64,000 bases of DNA, from the IMG/VR virus record IMGVR_UViG_2974632988_000001, positions 59,923 to 123,922 of that record, one strand, 5' to 3'. Both the position numbers and the translations under genes were made by a program. A model generated the notes under the pieces. The model was given only the letters and a program-made list of their open reading frames with translations, was not told the DNA's origin and did no database searches. The stretch comes from a virus. Taxonomy: Duplodnaviria > Heunggongvirae > Uroviricota > Caudoviricetes > Herelleviridae. Each line of letters begins with the position of its first letter. The first letter of the stretch is position 1. Below, piece by piece: positions 1 to 7,868 of the stretch.

Positions 1-263
1 GCATCTTCCTCAGAAGAAACAAGTACAAACAATTCAGTGATTCTGTCGTCCGGGAACCCCATCTCTTCGTGATACTCATATAAGAACATTTGCCCTTCTG
101 GTGACTTCATTAATTTACGTTCGAATCGAGATGTGTCAGTATAAACCTTTAGTACATTATCTCTATGTAACTCTTCTTTTAACTTGTTGTATGTAAGTGT
201 TTCTCCTTTGAAAATAAATTCCTTCTCCATATTCTTAAACATTCTATCTAGAAAACTACTCAT
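1..263 (-). CDS. hypothetical protein (N-terminal part; gene continues beyond window start)
   Basis: Open frame on minus strand starting ATG at 263 with AGGAGG 7 nt upstream (rc of 271-276); reads MSSFLDRMFKNMEKEF...; runs off window start. Confidence 0.5.
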   Translation of the reverse strand, partial: MSSFLDRMFKNMEKEFIFKGETLTYNKLKEELHRDNVLKVYTDTSRFERKLMKSPEGQMFLYEYHEEMGFPDDRITELFVLVSSEED

Positions 264-441
264 TATAATTCCTCCTCTGTTTTAGGTCATCTCTTAGCAG
301 ACATTTGGCTGCTTCTACTTCAAATTCTACACTGTCTAGATTACCTAGAGAAAGCTGTATATCCTTCTCTAATAACGCTCTCTCGGCTCTCTCTAGGTAT
401 TCTTTTGCATTTCTGATTTTCTCTAGTGCTGTCTCGTTCAA
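256..441 (-). CDS. hypothetical small protein (61 aa, coiled-coil-like)
   Basis: ORF track; TTG start preceded by GGAAAGGG. Confidence 0.4.
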   Translation of the reverse strand: MNETALEKIRNAKEYLERAERALLEKDIQLSLGNLDSVEFEVEAAKCLLRDDLKQRRNYNE

Positions 442-544
442 CTTACTTACCCTTTCCTTCTTTGTACTCTGCTAATAATTTAGTGATTTCGTAAACGTTA
501 TTTTCTACTGACATTTCGTATTCACCTCCTTAAAATAGGTACTC

Positions 545-736
545 TTATTTACCTGCATCTTTGTCTTTATTTTTCTTCTTGTTGGCAAAGTGATTATAAG
601 ACGTGACACCTACAATGATAAGTACAACGTAGAACAGTAAGTTGATGATGCCCGGGGCTACTAAGATGACGTAGTTCAATATCGATAGCATACCGATAAT
701 GGCTAATACCGTTACTGTTAGTTCCTTCGCTTTCAC
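545..736 (-). CDS. small hydrophobic membrane protein (about 63 aa)
   Basis: AGGAGGTG then GTG start at 736 downstream of promoter at 761-789; TM-like LTVTVLAIIGMLSILNYVILVAPGIINLLFYVVLIIVGV. Confidence 0.5.
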   Translation of the reverse strand: MKAKELTVTVLAIIGMLSILNYVILVAPGIINLLFYVVLIIVGVTSYNHFANKKKNKDKDAGK

Positions 737-760
737 TTGTCTCACCTCCTTGTACTTACC

Positions 761-789
761 AGTATATACCACGTTTCACTTAAAGTCAA
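761..789 (-). promoter_or_regulatory. sigma-A-type promoter TTGACT-17-TATACT
   Basis: rc of agtcaa 784-789 and agtata 761-766; upstream of RBS and GTG of 545..736. Confidence 0.6.
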
Positions 790-798
790 CAAGTTTTA

Positions 799-1716
799 TT
801 AAATTTTTTTACCATTTCGAATCTTTCTAGCCCAGTACCCAATTGTACCTGTTGAAACCCCCGTTAAATTAGCAATTTCTATTTGTTTTAGCTCACCTTT
901 ACGAACCAATTCTTTCGCTAGAGTTTGGTTCCCTTTAGCGTTATTTGCACTAGCTCCTCTAGTTTCTTTCTTATATACGACTTCTTCCCCATTCATCAGT
1001 CTACGTAAGTTAGCTAGGGCGCGCTGTTCGATTCTACTTATGTTTGTAGGGTTAGTACCCATTTCTTTACTAACATCAATCCGTTGTTTGTCTTCTATGT
1101 ACATTGCATTGATTACTGCACGCTCTTCCTTTGGTAATCGTTCAATATAACTTCTAAGCATAATGGCGTTTTCCCACTGTTCTCCATTTGCATCCTTAAT
1201 AAGCGAGTCTCCTATTGTTATAGTGTCTTTATTGTTGCTTTTACCCGAGTCTATAGTAGCTGATGTACTTAATGCATACTCTCTATCTATGAATAGTAAA
1301 GCATCCATAACTTTATCTTCTGTTTCATTTAAGTACTCGCAAATGTACTCTATGTCCTTTTTAGCTAAGTCGTACTTCTTAATCTTCAAACCTAGCTCAA
1401 CCATAGGTCGAGGGAACTTAAGTGTACGATTATCACGCATATTTACCATGATTCTCCCTTTAATCTGCATAAATACGTATGTACTAAACTCATTTCCTGT
1501 GGATAAATCGAATCGGTCTACCGCTTCTATAAGAGCTAACGCCCCGATTTGATATAAGTCATCTTGTTTATCTTTATCTTTTGTAAATCTACAAACCTCT
1601 CTATAAATCATTTTATGGTATTCCTTCAACAGTTTCCCCATTGCATCTTCGGAACCTTCTTTAGCTTGTACAATTAAATCGTAATTTTTAATTTTCTTTT
1701 CTGCTACTGCACTCAC
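799..1716 (-). CDS. sigma-70 family RNA polymerase sigma factor (phage-encoded), with extra C-terminal HTH
   Basis: Region 2-like LYQIGALALIEAVDRFD, region 4-like ISRIEQRALANLRR; C-terminal IANLTGVSTGTIGYWARK HTH; GTG start with GAGGAGGAG RBS; own sigma-A promoter. Confidence 0.75.
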   Translation of the reverse strand: MSAVAEKKIKNYDLIVQAKEGSEDAMGKLLKEYHKMIYREVCRFTKDKDKQDDLYQIGALALIEAVDRFDLSTGNEFSTYVFMQIKGRIMVNMRDNRTLKFPRPMVELGLKIKKYDLAKKDIEYICEYLNETEDKVMDALLFIDREYALSTSATIDSGKSNNKDTITIGDSLIKDANGEQWENAIMLRSYIERLPKEERAVINAMYIEDKQRIDVSKEMGTNPTNISRIEQRALANLRRLMNGEEVVYKKETRGASANNAKGNQTLAKELVRKGELKQIEIANLTGVSTGTIGYWARKIRNGKKI

Positions 1717-1748
1717 TTTTAACTCCTCCTCTTTGTTTATCTATTAAT

Positions 1749-1777
1749 ATCTTAACATGTGCTGTACCGAAAGTCAA
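1749..1777 (-). promoter_or_regulatory. sigma-A-type promoter TTGACT-17-TAAGAT for the sigma factor gene
   Basis: rc of agtcaa 1772-1777, atctta 1749-1754. Confidence 0.55.
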
Positions 1778-1812
1778 CAATAAAATTAAAAAATAGAGCG
1801 AACAATGTCGCT

Positions 1813-2310
1813 CTATGCTAGAAAGGTGTCTTCATTAGAGAATGTCCAAACTGTAGAATCCCCACTCTCTACAACATCAAGTATGTGGAACGATACTGTG
1901 TCTCCATACTCGTCTTGTACGGTTTTAACCAATGTGAACTCCTCCCCATCGTCCATACGTTTCTGTAAAGCTCGAACACTCGTTGTGATGTGGGCAATCA
2001 TTACCTCTTTCATATGCTCTTCTCGATAGTTTAACCACATCCAACCATAGTCTAGAGCTTCTACATCTTGCCACACGCAATGAGTTGGGTCTTGCTCGTC
2101 CGCTGTGTCTCCGTATCGGTTAATTACCTCTTCAATAAACTTGGCTCCTCTAGACGCTGCTAAGATTTGTTCACAATCTAAATCAGTTAGTTTGGAGACG
2201 ATAACCTTATGTGGATTAGCGCTCTCTTCACGCTTAAGGATGTCAGCTAAAACCTTCGCTTCAACTTCTACCTTTGTCAACTCACCAGTCATAGATATCC
2301 GTCCCTTCAT
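1813..2310 (-). CDS. hypothetical protein
   Basis: 165 aa ORF, minus strand. Confidence 0.6.
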   Translation of the reverse strand: MKGRISMTGELTKVEVEAKVLADILKREESANPHKVIVSKLTDLDCEQILAASRGAKFIEEVINRYGDTADEQDPTHCVWQDVEALDYGWMWLNYREEHMKEVMIAHITTSVRALQKRMDDGEEFTLVKTVQDEYGDTVSFHILDVVESGDSTVWTFSNEDTFLA

Positions 2311-2503
2311 ACGATTCTTTTACTTGCCTTTTCCATAATTGATATTCTGCGCTATCCACATCTACAGTCTTATATTGACCGTCTACGTAGATTTCCTTCA
2401 TTCTACCGTGTAAAGAACAGAAATCGTTAACTCCATCATCTGGACAAATGCAGATGCCCCAGCCAGAATTACCGCTGTAAGCACCTGCGTATGTACCTCC
2501 CAT
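2282..2503 (-). CDS. hypothetical small protein
   Basis: 73 aa ORF overlapping neighbours by a few codons. Confidence 0.4.
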   Translation of the reverse strand: MGGTYAGAYSGNSGWGICICPDDGVNDFCSLHGRMKEIYVDGQYKTVDVDSAEYQLWKRQVKESYEGTDIYDW

Positions 2504-3249
2504 TATTTTTCCTCCTTTACTTTACGTAATGTGAACTTAGGAGTACCAAGTTTGTAGTTCTCAGCACGTTCGATAGCTTTTAACTCGCCCTCAGAAAACT
2601 CACCGTCTGTAATTTTCTTCTTAAGTAATGAAGCGGATACACGTACTTCTGTAACTTCGCTGTATTGTTCTACATTTAAGATATCTTTAATCATGTTTAC
2701 ATCGTAAGTTGTGTACTCAGCAGAAGAATTAGAAGCTTTATTCGTTTGAAGATACACTTCTTTACCTTTTGTGCCAGTTAATACTTTCAATTTGTTTTCA
2801 TCCATGTATGTACGAATCGCTTTTTTCTTCTTCTCTAATTCTTTGTTAAGTGCTGCAATTTCCGCATGTAACTCTGTGTATGCATCTACTTCCGCAACCA
2901 TAGCTGTTTTCTCGTCAACTTCTTCTTCAACAGGCGCTAATGGTTTGATTTCTGTAATAATCGCTAAATCCGGTACTGTGTCTAACGCTTCTGATTTCAT
3001 TACTTGATTTTGCTCAGTTACATCAATCCATCCTTCTGATGTGAATTGGTCAACTACCTTTTCAACTGTGTAACGTTTATTGTAAACTGTAGAGCCTACT
3101 CCTTCACGAGTAACTACTACTAGGTCGTCCTTATTGATTTCAACAAATACCTCTTCATTTGATACAGCGTTAACTAACATTGCTTTCGTCATTTTAACCG
3201 CTCCCTTAGTTTCTTTTGTAGTTGTTGTAGCTTTACGTGTTTTTGTCAT
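2503..3249 (-). CDS. hypothetical protein (248 aa, lysine-rich N-terminus, coiled-coil centre)
   Basis: ORF; GGGGGAAACAAAA-ATG RBS; upstream TTTACT-17-TATAAT promoter. Confidence 0.65.
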   Translation of the reverse strand: MTKTRKATTTTKETKGAVKMTKAMLVNAVSNEEVFVEINKDDLVVVTREGVGSTVYNKRYTVEKVVDQFTSEGWIDVTEQNQVMKSEALDTVPDLAIITEIKPLAPVEEEVDEKTAMVAEVDAYTELHAEIAALNKELEKKKKAIRTYMDENKLKVLTGTKGKEVYLQTNKASNSSAEYTTYDVNMIKDILNVEQYSEVTEVRVSASLLKKKITDGEFSEGELKAIERAENYKLGTPKFTLRKVKEEK

Positions 3250-3280
3250 TTTTGTTTCCCCCTTGTTATTTGTTAACTTT

Positions 3281-3309
3281 ATTATAGCCTATCTTTTACT
3301 AAAAGTAAA
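3281..3309 (-). promoter_or_regulatory. promoter TTTACT-17-TATAAT with palindromic -35 region (TTTACTTTTAGTAAA)
   Basis: rc of attata 3281-3286; palindrome overlapping the -35. Confidence 0.4.
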
Positions 3310-3327
3310 CATCTTTTTTAAAACTTT

Positions 3328-3627
3328 TTATAACCCATAATCTTCTTCGCGTTTAGTTGATAAACGGAATGAAACCAATTTATACTCGTTCGCCATGCTA
3401 TGCTCTCTTTCCACTTCAATATCATGGTCAATATCACCCATATCGTACCAGTCAGGGACTTCTTCACAGATTAGGTAATGGTCACCAAAGCTGTCGATAC
3501 CTTCTTCAATGATATAGAATACTGTTTTATTTTCGTATTCTTCTTGCTTCTTACGTAACTCGTCTAATGTATTTTCTAACATGAAAATCTCATCCTCTAT
3601 GTTTTCAATTTGCTGTTTATATGACAT
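3328..3627 (-). CDS. acidic small protein, paralog 2 of a tandem pair
   Basis: Shares FYIIEeGI..G..Y.iCeEVPdW..M.DID.DI....SFRLST...E.YGL with 3630..3863. Confidence 0.6.
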   Translation of the reverse strand: MSYKQQIENIEDEIFMLENTLDELRKKQEEYENKTVFYIIEEGIDSFGDHYLICEEVPDWYDMGDIDHDIEVEREHSMANEYKLVSFRLSTKREEDYGL

Positions 3628-3629
3628 AA

Positions 3630-3863
3630 TTATTCCTCCTCCTTATCATCGTACATCCATAATCCATATTCTTCTACTGGTGTTGTCGATAAACGGAATG
3701 ACCACTCCTTAAACTCAGCTCCGATGTTTGTATCTTCATCATCTTGAATATCATCATCAATATCTTGCATAGACCACCATTCCGGTACCTCTCTACAAAG
3801 TTGGTATGGCTCTCCCTCGTCACAAATACCTGTCTCAATAATGTAAAATGTTTGGTTTTTCAT
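3630..3863 (-). CDS. acidic small protein, paralog 1 of a tandem pair
   Basis: 77 aa, D/E-rich (DIDDDIQDDEDT); paralogous to 3328..3627. Confidence 0.6.
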   Translation of the reverse strand: MKNQTFYIIETGICDEGEPYQLCREVPEWWSMQDIDDDIQDDEDTNIGAEFKEWSFRLSTTPVEEYGLWMYDDKEEE

Positions 3864-3865
3864 AA

Positions 3866-4228
3866 TTAAAATCCTCTCCCCATTTTTAAGATTTCTACTG
3901 CTGTTGATAACTCTACATTATCCCAAGCACATAGTTTAATAAGTTTTTGTGCATTCTCTAGCCAACTTTTATGTGCGTACCCATGCCAGTTGTGTACTCC
4001 TTTACTCACCTCATATTGCCATCCGCAACCATCTACATGATTCCAGTTACACATTAGCTCGTGAAGTGTGATGGCTAACTGCTTGTCCTCTGATAAGGCG
4101 TTAAATTCTGCTTGCTCTTTTTCTAGTTTATGTAGTTCTGCTTTTAAACTTGCAATCTTATCTAAATTGTTCATTGTGTTAACTCCCCTTTCACATATAC
4201 GAATCGGCTCTGGTATTGGATTTCCCAA
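3866..4228 (-). CDS. hypothetical protein
   Basis: 120 aa ORF with coiled-coil N-terminus. Confidence 0.55.
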   Translation of the reverse strand: MGNPIPEPIRICERGVNTMNNLDKIASLKAELHKLEKEQAEFNALSEDKQLAITLHELMCNWNHVDGCGWQYEVSKGVHNWHGYAHKSWLENAQKLIKLCAWDNVELSTAVEILKMGRGF

Positions 4229-4374
4229 GCTTTATTTTGGAATACAACGTTAGATTCTTCAATATTAGTTAGAGCTTCATAGATGTCCGCTTTCGAGAAA
4301 TTGTTTGCTGTCATAAAATTAACTAACTTCTTTTCTGGTCTATCTGGTGTTGGTGCTTGTACCATTGTCATCAT
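4171..4374 (-). CDS. hypothetical small protein
   Basis: 67 aa ORF. Confidence 0.4.
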   Translation of the reverse strand: MMTMVQAPTPDRPEKKLVNFMTANNFSKADIYEALTNIEESNVVFQNKAWEIQYQSRFVYVKGELTQ

Positions 4375-4387
4375 AATTAAACTCTCC

Positions 4388-4837
4388 TTATACGGCTTGT
4401 GCCATTATTTGTTTTTTCTTTAACGTAAGAACTTCATTATTGTAATGGTCTACGGTGCTAACAATGTCGAAATCAACTAAGTACTTCTTATAATCTACAT
4501 ACTCATCTGGAATCATGATGTTTGTATCGTTCGTAATCCAGCGATACCATATCCAGTCTAAGAACTTATTCTGCTCATGAAACTCTTCTCGTGGCTCTGA
4601 AATGATAAGCTCTCCATCTGGTTTTAGTAATCTATTAAACTCCGCAAATAAGATATGTAAGTCTTGTTCCGGAATATGATGGATTACATTACGACAGTGA
4701 ATCGCATCAAACATATGGTCTTCTGTACCAAGTACTTTGTAGTCTTTAATGTAGAAATCGTAATTTGGTGTTCCAATGAAGTCGGAAGACATGAACCCTT
4801 CTTTTGGTTGTCTTCCCGAACCATAGTCCAGTTTCAT
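4388..4837 (-). CDS. minimal class I SAM-dependent methyltransferase-like protein
   Basis: Motif I LDYGSG at residues 3-8, acidic DFYIKD, FDAIHCRNVIHHI, LLKPDGELIISEP (MTase type 11-like); only 149 aa. Confidence 0.55.
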   Translation of the reverse strand: MKLDYGSGRQPKEGFMSSDFIGTPNYDFYIKDYKVLGTEDHMFDAIHCRNVIHHIPEQDLHILFAEFNRLLKPDGELIISEPREEFHEQNKFLDWIWYRWITNDTNIMIPDEYVDYKKYLVDFDIVSTVDHYNNEVLTLKKKQIMAQAV

Positions 4838-5088
4838 TTCTCATTACCCCCTAAACCCAATCCTTTTCCGTATATGAACTCTTTAAAAATATCGTACCTT
4901 ACAATGCTGTCATTCTCTCTATTCATCTTACGGTAGTACTCTAAAATTTTATCCTCTGGTAACTCCTTAAACGCTGCGAATATTTCTCTACCTAAATCGT
5001 ATGACACGTCTTGTAAAGCTGCTATTTTATCCTCAAGTTCGTTTTGCTGTTTGATTTTATTTTCTAACTCTTCTAGGTTCATAATCAA
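4834..5088 (-). CDS. hypothetical small protein
   Basis: 84 aa ORF. Confidence 0.5.
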   Translation of the reverse strand: MIMNLEELENKIKQQNELEDKIAALQDVSYDLGREIFAAFKELPEDKILEYYRKMNRENDSIVRYDIFKEFIYGKGLGLGGNEK

Positions 5089-5307
5089 TCACCATCCATT
5101 TCTATATTCTACGTTATACTCATTAGAAACTAACTTTCTTGGTACCACTTTTACTACTGCGTATGTGTCACCTAACTCTAACTTTAACTTCTCCGCTTCA
5201 ATCGCTGCAATAACCTCTTCTTCATATAAATCCGGTAGTGTATGTGTAAGCATAGGGCAGTCTGTTAATGTATACTTTACTTCATAAATCCAACGTTTAA
5301 CTCTCAT
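5089..5307 (-). CDS. hypothetical small protein
   Basis: 72 aa ORF. Confidence 0.45.
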   Translation of the reverse strand: MRVKRWIYEVKYTLTDCPMLTHTLPDLYEEEVIAAIEAEKLKLELGDTYAVVKVVPRKLVSNEYNVEYRNGW

Positions 5308-5593
5308 ATTCCTTTACCTGCTTTCCGTAAATATAAGTTTCATTTCCGACATAAACACTACCGTAATCTTCTAGAAGCTTATTAATCGCTAATTCGTGAT
5401 TCTTATCTAGATTCTCTTTTCTTTTATAGATGTTTAAGTTAGAGTTACCTACATAATTATTTAGAACGTATCTTGCAGAGTCCTTAAATTCCACTCCGCT
5501 TGATATACTGAAAATGAAGAATCCTTCTTTTACATCTTCGTGCCACACCTTTTCGATTCCGACTTGTCTATTCATCTTTGTCTCCCTCCGCAT
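5297..5593 (-). CDS. hypothetical small protein
   Basis: 98 aa ORF. Confidence 0.5.
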   Translation of the reverse strand: MRRETKMNRQVGIEKVWHEDVKEGFFIFSISSGVEFKDSARYVLNNYVGNSNLNIYKRKENLDKNHELAINKLLEDYGSVYVGNETYIYGKQVKEYES

Positions 5594-5927
5594 CTAGAAT
5601 GGTTACTCGGATTCCATCAACTTCCATAAACAGTTTCACGTTCTTCGCTACTGATTTAATCTGGTAATAGTAGATTTCTGATGCTGATTTATATCGTGAG
5701 TAGTCTTCGTATGTACTTTCACCTTTTAAATCTTGGTATTGAACAACGTACATTGGCTTCCCATTTTGTAGTTCTTCAATCTTATCTAGGATGTCATTTA
5801 GCACTATCATTACGATTACATCAGATGAGTCATTTAAGTTCCTAAACCCTTCTGCTTTTCCTTCTACGAAGTTTCTTAGTTCTTCTATTTTGTTTACCAC
5901 TTTCTCATCCCCTTTCGTTACCTTCAT
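5568..5927 (-). CDS. hypothetical protein (true start probably GTG at 5900)
   Basis: ORF; promoter -10 at 5926-5931 overlaps the ATG at 5927, so AAAGGGG-8 nt-GTG at 5900 is the likelier start. Confidence 0.5.
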   Translation of the reverse strand: MKVTKGDEKVVNKIEELRNFVEGKAEGFRNLNDSSDVIVMIVLNDILDKIEELQNGKPMYVVQYQDLKGESTYEDYSRYKSASEIYYYQIKSVAKNVKLFMEVDGIRVTILDAEGDKDE

Positions 5928-5954
5928 ATTATCACCTTGTTTACTTAAAGTCAA
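5926..5954 (-). promoter_or_regulatory. sigma-A-type promoter TTGACT-17-TAATAT
   Basis: rc of agtcaa 5949-5954, atatta 5926-5931. Confidence 0.5.
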
Positions 5955-5972
5955 CAACTTTTAAAAACTTTT

Positions 5973-6251
5973 TTATAAATCTGTGTATATCTTCTGACCT
6001 CTATTAATAAGTCCTAAAGCTCTGTACAACTTATCTAACTCTTTATGTAAATCATTGGTTTCCCACCAACTATAATCAGGTAAAACGGATTTTAAAGTCC
6101 TCTTTGCTTCGCTCTTTGAATCTAACTTGATAGATTTTTCAACTTTACTAATTGCAGCGAAATCAGTAAGACCGTATTCCTCGAAAGCTAACATTATTTT
6201 ATCAACAAGCTCTGATGAACTAATCTCTCTATATAAGTTCATATTACTCAT
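5973..6251 (-). CDS. hypothetical small protein
   Basis: 92 aa ORF. Confidence 0.5.
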   Translation of the reverse strand: MSNMNLYREISSSELVDKIMLAFEEYGLTDFAAISKVEKSIKLDSKSEAKRTLKSVLPDYSWWETNDLHKELDKLYRALGLINRGQKIYTDL

Positions 6252-6492
6252 CCTCCGCTAATTTATCTGCAATACGCTCCGCTATCTTTTTAGAACCTTC
6301 CACTAACAACTTACATTTATCCTCGAACTCTTTCGCCCCTTCATCTGTTAAACTACCAGTTAACTTTAGGAACTCTCCGCAAGTATCCAAAGCTTTTTGT
6401 TTCTCACGTTTATACATGTTTAGTAGTTTAGCTACACTAGCACCTCTCATCTCTTTCTCTAAATCATAATGTTCCCACCCTGTTCTTTCCAT
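6244..6492 (-). CDS. hypothetical small protein
   Basis: 82 aa ORF. Confidence 0.5.
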   Translation of the reverse strand: MERTGWEHYDLEKEMRGASVAKLLNMYKREKQKALDTCGEFLKLTGSLTDEGAKEFEDKCKLLVEGSKKIAERIADKLAEDE

Positions 6493-6520
6493 TATAACTC
6501 CTCCTTAGGAACCCGCACGA

Positions 6521-7075
6521 CTAAATATAGTCAATGCGGATTTGTTCAATTTTGTTTGTACCTTGTGCGATTTTAACATATGCGACTCTATCTTGTATGT
6601 ATGCTTCCACGGGAAGTTTCTGTTTTGTATCTTTATGTACTTTCGTTGTTGTTTTCGCTTCTTCATCTTTCTCAGTTTGACGAGTAACTTTTCTCTCATC
6701 TAGTACTGTGTATAGTGCGTATTTGTTTAATCCATACTTTTCTAGGATTTCTCGTATAGGCACTTTCCGTATGTAATCATCTACGATTCTATCTTTCTCG
6801 TATTTGCTAAGTGATAGCATTCTCGCTTTACCTTCTCGGTTGTATTCCGGTGCGCGTTTTTCAATACCGTTACGAGCTAAGATACGATAGATACGTCCTG
6901 CTGCAATTTTATACTTAGCGATGATGTCTACTACTTTTTCTCCTCGCAAGTACATTCTAGCTACTCCAGCTTCTTGTTCCGGAGTTAACGGGTTCTTAGA
7001 GCCTTTCGGTGCTTTCACCTTTTCTTCTACAATTACTAGCTTGTCCTCTACTAAATCGTTCTTTAAATCAATCAT
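6521..7075 (-). CDS. DNA-binding protein with sigma-70 region-4-like HTH
   Basis: PLTPEQEAGVARMYLRGEKVVDIIAKYKIAAGRIYRILARNGI plus second HTH-like ILEKYGLNKYALYTVLDER. Confidence 0.55.
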   Translation of the reverse strand: MIDLKNDLVEDKLVIVEEKVKAPKGSKNPLTPEQEAGVARMYLRGEKVVDIIAKYKIAAGRIYRILARNGIEKRAPEYNREGKARMLSLSKYEKDRIVDDYIRKVPIREILEKYGLNKYALYTVLDERKVTRQTEKDEEAKTTTKVHKDTKQKLPVEAYIQDRVAYVKIAQGTNKIEQIRIDYI

Positions 7076-7095
7076 TCTATTCTCCTCCTTTTAAT

Positions 7096-7278
7096 TTACC
7101 AGATTTCTCTTGGTTTGTACTTAACTGGTGCGATGTAATGGAAAATCACACCTTCATGTTTTTCGTTCATTTCATCTCTAAAGTCTTCCGCTTCTTTTTG
7201 GTGTTCGAATACGATAGTTAAAATAGGTGCTTCTTCGTAATGAAGTTCATATACACCAAACGCCGTTTTAGTTTCCAT
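7096..7278 (-). CDS. hypothetical small protein
   Basis: 60 aa ORF with AAAGGGAG RBS and its own promoter (7310-7338). Confidence 0.5.
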   Translation of the reverse strand: METKTAFGVYELHYEEAPILTIVFEHQKEAEDFRDEMNEKHEGVIFHYIAPVKYKPREIW

Positions 7279-7309
7279 CTCTTCAACTCCCTTTCGTTAT
7301 CTTGATTAC

Positions 7310-7338
7310 ATCTTATCATTGTATTCACTTTAAGTCAA
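7310..7338 (-). promoter_or_regulatory. sigma-A-type promoter TTGACT-17-TAAGAT
   Basis: rc of agtcaa 7333-7338, atctta 7310-7315. Confidence 0.55.
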
Positions 7339-7350
7339 CACTATTCCATA

Positions 7351-7381
7351 AAAAAAGAACAAGAATTTTTCATCTTGTTCT
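7351..7381 (-). terminator. rho-independent terminator (GAACAAGA/TCTTGTTC stem plus U7)
   Basis: Inverted repeat 7358-7365/7374-7381 with A-run 7351-7357 on plus strand. Confidence 0.65.
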
Positions 7382-7868
7382 AGAGCTTAAATTTACTTGA
7401 TACCAGTAGGCTTTCTTCGTATAGTACGTTAGGCTCTCGTGATAGTTTATACGCAAATTCATTTTCATTTCTTTCATAGACTGCTATAACATAAGCTGTA
7501 TCAAATGTACCATCTGTAGAAGTGTAGCTTACGTTGTCGCCTACTTTGAATTTATTCGGTTTAAGGAAAATACTAGTATCCGTGACTTTGTATACATCTA
7601 ACAGAGATAGGTCAGTTAAACCGATATTGAATCGTAACCAATATCTATCTTCTTCTGTAGAATCGTATATGTCGTATGTAATCTGCGGTATCGTAAAACC
7701 TCTTTCTACTACTAACCTAGCTAATACGCTTGTACCTGTATTCTTCTCATAGTTTTTGATATAGATAATCTCTCCACGTAGTAACGCCAGAACTTTATCT
7801 TCCAGCGTTTGATACACTTCATATTTCAACTCTTTCCAGTCCGCTACTTCTGTAATCGGTATCGTCAA
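7380..7868 (-). CDS. hypothetical protein
   Basis: 162 aa ORF followed by terminator 7351-7381. Confidence 0.6.
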   Translation of the reverse strand: MTIPITEVADWKELKYEVYQTLEDKVLALLRGEIIYIKNYEKNTGTSVLARLVVERGFTIPQITYDIYDSTEEDRYWLRFNIGLTDLSLLDVYKVTDTSIFLKPNKFKVGDNVSYTSTDGTFDTAYVIAVYERNENEFAYKLSREPNVLYEESLLVSSKFKL

